Assembly (NCBI RefSeq): GCF_036588685.1
Contig: NC_086380.1
Location: forward strand, 34,658,001-34,722,000
Source of the DNA: Mytilus trossulus
Taxonomy: Eukaryota
Length of the DNA stretch: 64,000 nt
Direction of reading: 5' to 3'
This document shows, piece by piece, positions 46,724-60,205 of this stretch. A program made the position numbers and the translations under genes. The notes under the pieces were generated by a model. It ran no database searches, was not told the origin of the DNA, and was given only the letters and a program-made list of their open reading frames with translations. Numbering within the stretch: position 1 is the stretch's first letter; the number at the start of each line of letters is the position of its first letter.

Positions 46724-49556
46724 ATCAACTGTTGACAAAACTTTGAATTTTGACAAATACTAACTTAAGTCTTTTCTACCTAAGGGATAGATTACCTTAA
46801 CTGTATTTGGCCCCCATAAAAAGAATTTTTGGTCCCCAATGCTCTTCAACTTGATACTTTAATTGGCCTTTTTTACATTTTTTTATTCAAGCGTCACTGA
46901 TGAGTCTTCTGTAGACGAAACGCGCGTCTGACGTAAATATATAATTTTAATCCTGGTATCCATCACGAGTTTATTTACAACCACTGGGTCGATGCCACTG
47001 CTGGTGGAGTTTTAATTCCTCGAGGGTATCACCAACCCAGTAGTCTGCACTTCTATGTTGACCTGAGTTATCATTGATATGTTCATAATAAGAAATAACC
47101 TGTTGACAAACATTTTTGAATTACTAAGGCTTTCCTACCTCAGGAATAGATTACGTTAGCTGTATTTGGCAAAACTTTTTGGAATTTTTGGTCCTCAATG
47201 TTCTTCAACTTCATACTTTATTTGGCCTTTTTAACATGTTTTTATTCGAGCTTTACTGATGAGTCTTTTGTCTTGCGTTAATATAAAATTTCTATCCTGA
47301 TTTCTGGTTTATTTAGAACAGGGACTTGATTCATGCAACATGTCCAAATATATATTCTATTTGACAAGCACAGTTATTTAAAATTGCTTAATGGTTTATG
47401 ACCCCTTCTGTAGCCAAGTGATTACGAAATTTTAAAACTGTAATAGTATCAAAAGAGCGAAGAAAATGAATAGTTGAGATGGGCCATTGTGTACATATAC
47501 TAAAGAGGGAACTTAGTGCAAAGCATTATTATTCATTGTTTCATTGCGTTTAATAGAAAAAGGGGATTTTGTGGCAGATAAAACCATTTTTTAAAAGAAA
47601 ATCCACAGACTTTAATACCGAGAGTTTTGTTATAAAATTCAGAACATTGATGACTTATTTGGTTTTTTTTCTATGATGTGCAAGCGTTTATTATTGGCGA
47701 AACTTTCTAAACAATCTTCAAATTACAAAATACCTCGTGCTGAGTCACGAAAGTCGAGCGCACCCTTAAAGGTGTACTTGAATTGGTCAATAATAATATT
47801 TGATTTCACTGGTATCCAAATTGATAAAGTTGTTTAAAGAAAATCATTGCTAGCACTGCATGAAATAAACCTCTATCTACCAAGCAACGAATTTTTTAAT
47901 ATGAGAGTTCAAGAGGAAAGGCTGTGGATTTTCTATAAAATTTCCATGTTTTGCATTGAGTCAACAGAAGGGTACACAATCCTTAACTTGAATATCTGAT
48001 TGTACATTTCATTGGTAAAATATTCAAAATGTTCAGGGATATAATGTATAAAATGAAATGACCGATTCAATGCACTACTTTTTAATGATAAATTTTGGAA
48101 AATTGGTAACTATCATATAACACACAGAAGATAATGCAATATTTACTACACAAACTGAAATCAATTCCTGGTAATAAATTCATACGGAAAATATTTTAAA
48201 TCCAGATTGATTAATTTATAAAGCTAAACAATTCTTATATAAATGTATGTCTTATAAAAGAAATTGTGGGTTCTATAAAGGGTTTAGCTAACATATATGT
48301 TAAAATAAGAATTCAGAATGCATTATAAGAAAAACACATGACCGATTTGCTGGCATGAGTTTATATTGCCAATATATGTAAGGATGAATCAATAAGTTTT
48401 TGCAGTCTTAGATCTCAAGATACTAGTACTAAATCGTATGATATGTAATGTTATCGGTTTTGTTTTGTTGCCAGATGTTACAGTCACTGAGTTTGTTCTC
48501 ATGCGGTTGGTGTATGCATACAGGAGATGTTTACACCTAATTGGTATTTTATTAGTTTATGCATTTCCTTCAAATAATTTTGTGTGTCAGCTTGATTTGT
48601 CATCTGACAGATTTATGTGTATTGAACATCAGTAAACTATTCCATGACTTGTTTTAGCATCCACTTACATAGAAAACTTAGTCCTGATATCTATGATGAA
48701 TTATTTTCAATCACTGGGTCGCTGCCACTGCCCTGGAGATTTATTTCCCCGGGTGTATCACCAGCCCAGTAGTCATCACTTTTTGTGCTGACATGAATTA
48801 TCATTGACATTGATATGGTAAAATTAATAAATTAACTGTTTACAAAATTTTGAATTTTCGAAATACTAAGGCTTTTCTACATCAGGCATAGATTACCTTA
48901 GCTGTATTAGGCAAAACTTTTAGGAATTTTGTCCTCAATGCACTTCAACTTCACACTTAATTTGGCCTTTTCAACTTTTTTGGATTCGAGCGTCAATGAT
49001 GCGACTTTTGAAGACGAAACGCACTTCTGGCGTATATAGAAAATTTAGTCCTGATTTCTATGATGAATTATTTACATGGAAAACATGCATATTCAAGTTA
49101 AACATGTTATTTTTAGATTAATATAAGTTTTGTTTTGAAAATAATCAGATCCAACATGCCAGATTGATTTCAAACAGGTGAGGCAAAAGTCCCCATTAAA
49201 AAACAGCTCTTCCATAAGTTGGTGTTTATTTATATCAGACATTGCAAACAGTCAGGAAATTCAGAATAAAAATGCAGCCATTGAGAGAAAAAATATATTG
49301 CTGCCAACAAGAACCTTTAACCTTAACAGTTTTTTTTACAAGAAAACCATGAACAATTCCTCTTGAACATAAATATCTAAATCACCTAAACTATGGTTCA
49401 TTAATGACATTATGCAGTTTTGGAACCATGAAAAACCCCATGAAATTTAGGGTAAATTTCCAAAACTTTTTTTCAATTACTATATAATGAATACTTAAAT
49501 TAAAATGTGCCTAGGAAAATTTCTCAAAAACATAATAAGCTAGGGCTGAAGTAGCT

Positions 49557-49745
49557 TATAGCAGGTTATTTTCGCAGGGTGTAATTTTTCATGAATAGAA
49601 CATAATTGCCAAAATAAATTCTGCCAATATAAAAGTGCACAGGCAAAGGTATTGATAAAAGTTTTGAATCTGCTAAAATATTTTGTATACCTTTTTCAAT
49701 AAAAATAGTGAAATTTTACACCCGCTAAAATAACCCGCTATACAG
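49557..49745. mobile_element. Tc1/mariner-like MITE with eroded left tip
   Basis: TATAGCAGGTTATTTTCGCAGGGTGTAA..TTACACCCGCTAAAATAACCCGCTATACAG-TA. Confidence 0.65.
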
Positions 49746-50848
49746 TATCCTGTATTGCATGCAAGTATTTCTTTTCACATATATCATTTACTTAAAGTAT
49801 TGGTTTCCATTTAACATGATGCTTAGGAGAATCATATAAAAACTTGGAAAACTAACAAACAGCAGAACTATTTCATAAATTTAAACTATTTCGTCTATTT
49901 AAAACAACAAAGGCAATTATTTATACTTTTTATTTACTTTTCAACAATCCATGTCTATTTTTTACAATATTGGTGTAACAATAACAATTTAACTAGAAAC
50001 CTTCATTTATAAGTTACATGTTACAGAACATGTGACATGTTCTATTATCTTGATCCACCTTTCATAATGAAAAAAACACCTTAGTCAGATAAATATCTTA
50101 AATAACTTTAAAATTATCTATATAAATGCCAACCTTGATGAACGTCAGTTTGGTTAACCTGTTGTCCAATCAATCTCCTGTAACTTTCAAACAGGAGCTC
50201 TTAACATGATAAATTTTAATTTTGAATTAAAAAAAAACATCATAAAAGGATTTATTTTACCTTATTCATATAAACCATAAAAACAAGTAACAGTGGACTA
50301 AACTGGAGTTAATCTTGACGATGTAATGGTAATGTGATGTAAAATCTAAATTTTCTAAAAATAGATCTAAATTTGAATGAAGTTTTATTTATAGATACCT
50401 GCTGTGTCAAAAATTTCACTCTTTAACCAATTGATACTAATTTATTCATAAAATAGTAATGGCCTATGCAAAAATAAATTATGTTTTTATCTTTTCACAA
50501 CGCACATACTTTATTTTTTCATCAAACAAATGTTCAATATTTTGTATCCAATTACCCTCAACATTGTGAGAAGGCTATTGTCAAACAGTAACTTTCAGTT
50601 TTCAGTAACTTTTTATAATTTCTTAATATAATTTAGAAGACTTATTCTACATGATTGCAGTATTCTTAAAAAAACATGGCACAACAATATCTTTAATTAT
50701 ATATAACTAAAATATGGTATTTATAAGAATAACCAAGAGATCTTTCACCTACTTCACATATTTCATCCTTCTCGTTCTGTTTACATACACTGATTAAACA
50801 TTGCATAATACTGTATACTTCATACATAATGTGAACATGTTACCTTAA

Positions 50849-51121
50849 GGTGGAACCCAACACTTTAACAAAAATTAATTTATCTCGTTTAATTTTCATA
50901 AAATTTTGACAAAGTATTTACTTTGACCCTTTGACAAAAATATAAAAATTTCAAAAAATTTGAACCAACTGTTTTATCAGAAAAATTTCACTGGTTATGT
51001 AGCAGTTTGACAAACACTTATTTTGATCATTGAGAAGCTTAACACACCCTTAACAACACAACATAATTGAAACGTCTAGCTGCTTTTACAGAGTTATCTC
51101 CCTGTAGTGTTAGGTACCACC
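50849..51121. mobile_element. TTAA-flanked MITE; partial second copy at about 42020-42215
   Basis: TTAA-GGTGGAACCCAACACT..AGTGTTAGGTACCACC-TTGA; internal sequence recurs at about 42020-42215. Confidence 0.7.
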
Positions 51122-52443
51122 TTGACAATATACTTCCCAGATAATATACATATATATGTAATTATTTGATGATTTTGAAATCATAGTTTACCTCTAGCTG
51201 CTGTTGTGTTCTAGATATTTCAGAATCCTTCCAATAGAATAGTTTTTTTTACATACAAGGTATTTTAGAAAACTAATGTTAATTTCAAGCACTCATTATA
51301 TTTTCTGAGGACTGAAATTGTCCTGTAAAGTGAAATTTTTAATGATACCATATAAATCAAAATCTGTCAAAATATAATGCCCATTTCTTTCTTATTATTT
51401 TTATGAATGAACTTTTAACTAAAAATCTGCCTGTCAGAAGTGTTTTTAAATCATGCATGTGGGGATAAATTTTACAGTGATTTTTTAAAAAATATTTTGG
51501 GAAAATATTGATGTATCTAGGAGATATTTTGTTTACAATTCATACACACTTAAACTAGCTGTTATAAAATTGTATAAACAATATAATTAATATCAACTCA
51601 CTTTAAAAAATACTGATGTTATTCTAACTATTTGCTTTCACATGAACCATATATCTAACATTTGATCAAAGTAGGATGTTTTGATACATTATTTAAATAC
51701 AATGATTCATAAAATGCCAAATTTAAAAAATCTTAAGGTTGTCTGCTACTGATATTCACAAATAACATCTTGAAATGTTCCCTAAATTCAGAATGAAAGA
51801 TTAAAATATCAAATTTTAGAAAATACATTAGTATACTGCTTGTGTTTACATTCAAGCATTGTAAAAACTGATTTTTTTAACTGTATCTAAAATTTATTAA
51901 AAATAAACAATAACAATTTAATGTTTTAGGTCATTAAACCATAAAACTGAATTTAACTACACTGATGTTGTTATTTTTTTTTTCTAATATTAATATACAG
52001 AAAAGATCAAACTATAAAACAGATTTTATATATTTACAAAGTATTAAATACACATATATATATTTGAGACAGAAAATAGAGTCAATTGACATCATGTAGA
52101 GAAAAAAATGTACTTTAATTAAACCAGTAATGAGTAACCTAATATATTAAATGTTAGATGATTAGAAGTTAAATTGATACTAATATGCAGGTTAGTGAAT
52201 TTGTAATGGAATTTTATACAGGATGAATTCAAATGAAATGCTTCTAAATAACTTGTTAAGATCTACATTAAAAATAAACTAAATGATATTAACATCAACA
52301 GATTTTAACCAAGCTTTATTCCAGGAAAGAGTTTTTGTCTTTTGAAACTTATAATATAAATTTCTGTTTTTTTTTTCAATTAAAGGTTACAAATTTTAAC
52401 AAGGCTACAGCTGCTGATCATGATATTAAGGAATGTTGTCTTA

Positions 52444-52619
52444 GGGCTATTCCATTAAAAAATATATGGGTGGGTAGGAAAAGAAGATTAATTATTGAAT
52501 GTGGGTCCAGGGTCTTCTTCAGTTCGCTTCCATTACCTTTAAGCAAAATTGTTCTTGGTTTCAGGTATATTTTGAAAGTCCCTTCCTACCCTCCCAAATA
52601 CAATTTAATGGAAAAGCCT
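52444..52619. mobile_element. PIF/Harbinger-like MITE
   Basis: TTA-GGGCTATTCCATTAAA..TTTAATGGAAAAGCCT-TTA, with an inner inverted pair GGGTAGGAA/TTCCTACCC. Confidence 0.7.
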
Positions 52620-54512
52620 TTATATAAAACTTAACTGAAAAGTAAACAATAACATGCAATTTGATATAAAATTTGTATCTTACTTTTAAAGACATAGAGA
52701 AACTTTACAACCTAATTGAGAAAAAAACACACTTGTTTTCAGAAGTCTGTTGTATACTTATAATCATTGACTACAAACATTTACACAAACACTTGGGATA
52801 ATGGCACACACTTTCTTAATACACAAAATTTCACACAATATTAAAAAAAAACACAGGCCAACACACACAGAGTATCCTACTTACAATACAAATTCATTTT
52901 CGACAAAACTTTTCTAGTGGTAGACTTAAAAAAAAAAAAAAATCAGACCCTTCCTTAAAGTCTTAAAATTTAAATACAGATCTACATGATTTAGTTCCAT
53001 GCAAAAAAGTAATAAAAACCTGTGAGATCACTATTTTTATATACCAGCTACCTTAATTACATGCATTCCCAAAAAAATGTGTCCACCCTTTACAGAAATA
53101 TCACATTTGAAATAAAAAAACATAGTCTAGAAGAAAATTAAAATAAATTAACATATGAAAAAAAAAATACCAACACAACAATTCATACATTGTTAGTTAA
53201 TTTGTAATATTTATAATATATTATCTATATTTACAAAATGTGCAATAATCAATACAAAATTTGCAAACTAATTAATTTCTATGCCACTCTTCTAAGAAAA
53301 AATAAACTTTCTCAAATTTTCTAAACTGAAATATGTACAGCTACTTAATGATATTTACAATATAAGTTCATTATGAAATGGATTTTAATATATTCAAGAA
53401 TGGAATTTGACATGCAGAATTAAATAAAACACACACATGAAAACAATCTATACCCGAAGATTCTAAATTTTATACACTGTAAAAAAAATACATGAATGAT
53501 AAACAAAGAGTACACAATATAACATAATTTTTTTTTTCTCCTTTGGATAATAGTACATTTATGTGAACTGTTTTTATTTTAATCAATGAATACAAGTTTA
53601 TTACTTTTCATAAAAGGTGACAAACTTGAACCTTCTATCTAAAACTATTTCTTCATTTTAATTATAGCTAAAACTTTAAGGTTAACCATGAGAAGGTTTC
53701 AAAAACATATTTATATGTGCAAAAAAAATAACTGTTATAAATAATTTGGTTAACTACTACTCTGAATGTGAACCAAGAATTATTACTATTAATTTGTGTT
53801 TTAGACTGTTGAACTAAAGTTAACACTTGTGACATGTAATAGTATATCAGAATTGATGCACAAAAATCAAATGCAGATATAGTCTATTAATTTTTCTACT
53901 TTTTTTTTAATTATTTTTTCTCATATTTTGTTTTTTAATTTTTATATTATTTTCTTTTTTGTTCTGAATGTGAGACAAAAATTATTAGTATTCAATGTTT
54001 TTTTTAAAGTGGTGACCTGAAGAAATGTAATATTTCAGAATTGATGCACAAAATCAAATGCAAAAATAGTCTATACTTTTTTTCTCTTTTTTTTTTTCTA
54101 TTTTCATATATTCTTTTAATTAACTTTTTTTTTTTCTTTTTTTTTTTTCTTTTCTTTTTTTTTCTTTAATATTTTGAGGTTTTATTACACTACGAAAAAA
54201 TGGTACAGAATCTGTGTTATAAGTTAACTACATTTTATACCCTGGTGAAGATATGGTTACAACATGAATATTAAAACAAGATATAAACTGGAATTGTAAA
54301 TTCCCTGAGATCACTATCTATCAATTAAAGCAAAATTCTGGATTGATTATACAAATAAAAGGAAAGAAGGGTTAAAGGTCAATGGGACAGCAACCCAAAG
54401 ACACAAATAACCAAAAGACGTCTACAGCAACATAAAATCTTAAACAACAGACAACTGTACAAAATGTCAAGCTGTTAATCTTCAAAAGTCTAAAAAAAAT
54501 GTATTCATTTAA

Positions 54513-54807
54513 CCCTTTCCTCCATTGAATTTTTTTTTGCATGCTTGATTTGCATAGGATTTTTCAATAAAATTTTGATATTATGCTATGAAGTATTAAT
54601 GCATTGCGAAAAACAAATATTTAATCAAATAAATTTAAGTTGGATATTCTTAAGATGTTCTTTTTCATATTGGATACAAATTTTATTATGCCTACTCCAG
54701 ACACTTTGTAGTCAAAGCATTTCAACTGAGGTACTACACAGGCGTCAAAAGGTGTCATTATGGAGTAAAGTTGGTGGTGTCAAAATGCGTCACTATGGAG
54801 GAAAGGG
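54513..54807. mobile_element. piggyBac-like MITE
   Basis: TTAA-CCCTTTCCTCCAT..ATGGAGGAAAGGG-TTAA. Confidence 0.8.
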
Positions 54808-56054
54808 TTAACAAAAACTATCAAAACATGATAAATATTTTGTTACAAATGAAAATAGAGTTTTAAATGTAAAGACAAAAATAAATTGATGAAACTAAGT
54901 ACAAAGCAAACTCTTTATATCCCTGAATATTTTTTCATCAAATAAGAAATTTTTGGAGCATTAGAAATAATCAGTCTAGAGACTGTATATATCATTTTCA
55001 TGAGAACAGCATACTGCATTTCATATTGCATTTTAGATTCATATGCTACCTCAATTATTTATATCGTTTGTTGGAATATTAATTTATTTCTGAGTATTAA
55101 CACTTTGATAGTCAAATAAAATTTGAGGTAACCCTATGAAAATCTAGTTTTGGCTTTTAGGGCTAAGTGCTGTTCCAATAACAACTTTAAAGTTCAAATA
55201 CCCTAGTTCTTAAAGAAATATATGATTTTACTAAGAAACTAAAACATCTAAATAATATCGGATCAATAAGGGATACAATACTGTTCCCTTTAAATTTAAC
55301 CGTACAACACTTTTTAAGGTAAAGTTAGGAAAGAACAAGTATTTGATATTTGTACACAAAAAGAAAATGTAATAAAATATGGTAGTACAATATTTACAAC
55401 AATTAAAGCAAAAATCAAAATAAAAGAGCAACAAAATATGACATAATTATAGGTACTACAATCTACAAAGATATATATATATATATTCTATTAATAAAGA
55501 CGAGAAAAATGAAAGACATGATTTATAGTAATAGCACCCCACTCTCTACCAACTATCTACTATGCAACAATCCACACATTTACAAATGCAATTAGATTGC
55601 CAATATACATTACAGAAAACTACAAATATCTGTTTCACAATCTGAATCAATTGGCACTGTTCATTTGCAACAAACTCTCGGGTCTTTCAAGACATTAAAA
55701 CATATAAAGAGTATGATCATTGTTCTAATAATACAATTTCCAGTCGTTGGCATTACCCAATCAATCGCAAAAACTTTGAAATATTATCATCTAAAAAAAT
55801 ATCTTGAAGGGAAAAAATCTTTCTGTGCCAATACTTTTGGAAATTGTTGAATATCATTTTGTCAGATGATGAATAGTTGGAACAGCTCTTTGAAAAAAAC
55901 CTTTCTGTGACAGTTCCTTGGAAATTGTTGCATATTTTCTTGATGATGAAAGTTTACATGGCTCATAGAACAAAATCTTTCTGTGCCAATTCTTTGGGAA
56001 ATTGTTGTATATTGTCTTGACGATGACAGATCTACACAGCTTCTAAGACAAGCA

Positions 56055-56119
56055 TTATATACTGTCAGAAAAACTGGTAATTTTGGCTATAACTACAGTG
56101 ATATCGTCTGGTTTCCCTC
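56055..56119 (-). CDS. PPTC7: PPTC7 terminal coding exon
   Basis: Minus strand TTAAAG|[24 protein letters not shown]. Confidence 0.94.
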
Positions 56120-58790
56120 CTTTAATAAAAAAATAATAGAACATTATGTAGGTTTATTGTATGTCATTGAAATGAGTGCGAGAGGTAGAACTTTCAAACA
56201 TCCCTAAATCATATACTTTTTTAAAGTTATTTTGCATACAGATATACAACCGTTAATCACAAACAACTGATGTTTAATATTCTACATTCATTCTCCAGAT
56301 TTAATAAGAAATTCAGCTTACATTCTTTAAGGGTATAGATAGTATATACATATTTTTTCTATTTTTCTACAGCTTAGACCATTGGTTTTCCGGTTTGAAT
56401 GGTTTTAACTTTCACACGTAAATTTTAGGCCCTTTATAGCTTGCTGCTCAGTGTGAGCCAAGGCTTCATGTTGAAGACCTTACTTTGACCTATAATGGTT
56501 TACTTTTACAAATGGTGACTTGGATGGAGAGTTGTGTCATTGCCACTCATACCAATATCATACTTCATCTCGATTGTTTATTCAGGTGCCCATTGTCATC
56601 ATTCAGGTAAAATAAAAAAGTGGTAGTGGTCCAGTGTTATATATAATCAAGTAAAAATGTAAAAAAAATTAGTAGTCTAGCTCATTTGTTTCGGGACTAT
56701 TGGTTACTGGGCCCTGGCAACATACATGTGACAACCAATATATTCTTCAGCTTCAAATTAAAAATAAAACCCTGCTAATTTATTTTAACATTCTAACTTA
56801 CCAATAAAGTCTATTCCCATGTCAATGGCTGATAAAGCAAATGGTGATAGATAGTTTTCATCAAATGACAATAAATGTGCTTCCTCTGCTATACAGCTGG
56901 CCGTCTGCTGAACACTTTCTGGTTGAGGGTCCTGTAATAATACCATAATTATTAACATAAATCTTATGTATTATAATTGGGCTTTTTTAATAATGACTTT
57001 ATGTTCTTATGTCCTTATGTACAGTTTCACATTAAAATGTCATATTTGTTTTGGAGAAGTTGTAGATAGAGATATTAAGATACTTTATGAAATATAAAAT
57101 AAAATATAGGTTTATACTGAGCTCATTTTCAAGAATAAATGTCTCAGCTGTATGCAATTTTGATAGTATAATAAATATGTAAAACTAAAACGAAACGAGA
57201 TTCTGTCCCAAGTACACTGATGTTCCATCCGCACTATCATTTTTTATGTTCAGTGGACTGTGAAAATGGGATAAAGTTTCTAATTTGGCACTCAAATTAA
57301 AAAGATTATATCATAGGGAACATGTTTACTAAGTTTCAAGTTGATTGGACTTCAAGTTCTTCAAAAACTACCTCGACCAAAAACTTTAACCTGAAGTGGG
57401 ACGAACGGATGCACAGACAAACTAATGCACAGATGAACAACGGATAGACAGATGCACAGACCAGAAAACATACTGCCCATAAATGGGCCATAAAACTTAT
57501 CTTTAGAACTATTTGACCCTATATATTTATGATACAGGGTCAAATAATCTCACTTAAAATGAGATATGTCAATACTTATTCATGCTTATTTGACTTCATA
57601 TTAAATCATTGACTCATTATAAGAGGTACCCATAATACTGACCTAATTCACAAACTTCAGCATGTAACTTCACAAAAGATAAATTTGTTTGAAAAGCTCT
57701 GGTAATTTTGCATTAAATAAACCAACATGTTGTATAGAAAATGTAAATTTGTGGACTTCTACTGAACAATCTAAGATTCTAGCATTGTAATTTTTCTACT
57801 ATTTTTATGGAGGTCATTTTTATGAGTTGGCTTTCATTGAGCATGTTAAGAAATAATATGTAAATAGTACATTTGTACAAACCAACCTGTAATTGTGAAA
57901 TATGCCGTAACAACATATCTTCTGATAAATTGTCAAATAAGCCATCTGTTCCCAACATGATTACATCCCCTTCTTCTACAGGGAATGATGAACTGTCTGC
58001 CATGCTTGGACTAAAAATTATGAATAGAATATATTTACAAAATATAAAATGCAAATAATGATATTATACTTGATAAATTAAACATATTTCTCACAACACT
58101 TCTTAACTTGAATAAAATAAGATGACAAAACTATAAAATAAATCAGTGAGACAATAAGTTAAACCAAAATACACATTCAAATAAAACAAAGATGTGTAGA
58201 GTTAAAAAAAAATGTCTTTAAATAATCAACATGATTCCACATGTTTACCATATATATACAAAGCTCCTATTGCCAAAAAAATGCAAGTCTTCATACTATA
58301 AACCAACTCATTGCCACAAATACTATATTTTACTTAAATTGATCTAGTATTTTTTTTTACTATATTCTCATTTTCATATTTATAACAAGGGGAGATTCAA
58401 CTTTCATATTCATGGTGATTAAAATTTGTCACATTTTTCAACTCACTAAATTATTGACTAATAGAAACAGACTATCAAAGATTTAACACCAACATCAAAT
58501 TCTTGTAGCACAGGTATAGGATAAAGGCAAAAATAATACAGAATCTGCCGCTTGTATAATAAACAAAGAGTGTCATCTACACTACACATACCTGTCACTC
58601 AAGACAAGACCTTGTTGACTGGGAGGGGCTACAGCCAGCTGGAATGGAGTATTAAAATAATGCTGCTGCTCCTCTGATCGATGAACTATTTCTCCATCAC
58701 GTATAATAAGGAAGCCACTGTCGCCTAGGTTTGCTGAATACACCCGTCTCTCTTCCCGATTTAAGGCAACTATACATGCTGTACTACTAC
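56055..58790 (-). CDS. PPTC7: Protein phosphatase PTC7 homolog (PP2C family); last four coding exons, 5'-incomplete
   Basis: Spliced minus-strand peptide [78 protein letters not shown]; all PTC7 motifs present and phases consistent. Confidence 0.96.
56802..56931 (-). CDS. PPTC7: PPTC7 exon (130 bp; absent from ORF track)
   Basis: Minus strand TTACAG|[43 protein letters not shown], donor G|GTAAGT. Confidence 0.94.
57193..57496 (+). mobile_element. Short HINE-like element with ACAG/ACGG microsatellite; reverse copy at about 25858-26117, fragment at about 1920-2015
   Basis: Shared ATCATAGGGAACATG..AAAACTACCT and microsatellite tract. Confidence 0.6.
57887..58010 (-). CDS. PPTC7: PPTC7 exon (124 bp)
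   Basis: Minus strand TTTTTAG|[42 protein letters not shown]|GTTGGT. Confidence 0.95.
58592..58790 (-). CDS. PPTC7: PPTC7 exon (199 bp)
   Basis: Minus strand TTGCAG|[16 protein letters not shown], donor AG|GTATGT. Confidence 0.96.
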
Positions 58791-60205
58791 CTGCAATTAA
58801 AAAGTTCAAAATTGAAATATATGTTAAATACATTTCCATTTTAATTCAGTGACATTGGTTGTTGTTTGTTACTATACATTATGTTTTATTTTTGGTCACA
58901 TGTATTTAGCCTTCTTATTTGATTTTTTTTACATTTACCACTGTTTGATGTGGGTATGTGGCTCATTGTTGAAGGCTATTTATGTATGCTAACTGGTATT
59001 TTGAAACTTCTACTTCATTTCTTTTGGGTTTGAAATTTGACTTATTGGCAATCATACCACATCTTCTAATTTTTATATATTTGAGGGTTTCTCTTTTTCT
59101 TCAGTAAAACATTACATCACAGATTAATTTATACATGTACTATAAAACTACTAACAACAAAATGAAATACATGCCTGCTTTTTATAATTAATCAACTTTT
59201 TTTAACATTTAAAGATAAATTATGGAATGTATGTTTTCATGAGATTAGACTAAACTGCTTATAGATTAGGGGATCTGTACAAAATAATCTTGTGTAATTA
59301 ATTATGGATACTAAATAAATATTACATGTTAAATGTCCTGCTGTAATCTCAAAATTTGTGTAATATAAGCTCAATTTTCTTGTTTAACAAACTTGATGTT
59401 TGATTAGATACATTTTCTACATTCAATGCAATAAACATGTACTTTTTAAGCACAGTCTTTCCAACAGGACCTTAATGTAATATATGATAGATTATTGGTT
59501 GCGTTACGCCACATTAGCACAAAAAGGCGATATCGCAGCGATTGGATGTTTTGATAAGAGAAGACTTTCTTTTTTCTCTTTACACTGCACTATCCACTTG
59601 AAGAGTCTATGCTTTTCCAGTGTTTTAATAAAACAAGGTTAACAATAAGCATGAACAGGAAAATTTCTTATCATGAAAATTAAGGCATTTTTTTCCTGAA
59701 TTTTCATAAAATGTTTAAAAATCTAATGGGATAATTGAAAGACTGTTCATTACAGTAACATTAATTGGATGCAAAGAAATACCATGATTTCCTTGTAAAA
59801 AGAAAACTGATACTTTAACATGAGCATTTCCTCTGATAATATCCCACCTCTGTTATACAACAATGGGCATTGCCAAGACATAGTGTATGAAGTTGGATAA
59901 AAAAGAAATACCAATACATAGAAAAATACTCAAAAAGAATGTCTGCACTGACTATTTTCAAGGGTTTTTTAAAATTGAGTAAATAATTTCCAAAATTTTT
60001 ATCTATCTTTGAGTTCACTGCATATGGGAAACATATCGGCAAATTATTAACTCATGTTACATGAAGCAATCAATTAAAAAAAAGTAAATTTCTTCAAAAT
60101 TTGGAAAAACTATAAAAAAAAAAAAATTGAAGAAAAAAGTATGTATACATACATGACATAAGTTTTATAATAAAAACTAGCCATTTACAAATTTATGTAG
60201 TTATA

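Noticed and set aside
41300-56000. An additional gene between the two convergent genes
   Set aside because: ORFs there (for example 52335-52634 and 54545-54811) coincide with MITEs, and no chain of spliceable exons with recognisable protein motifs was seen.
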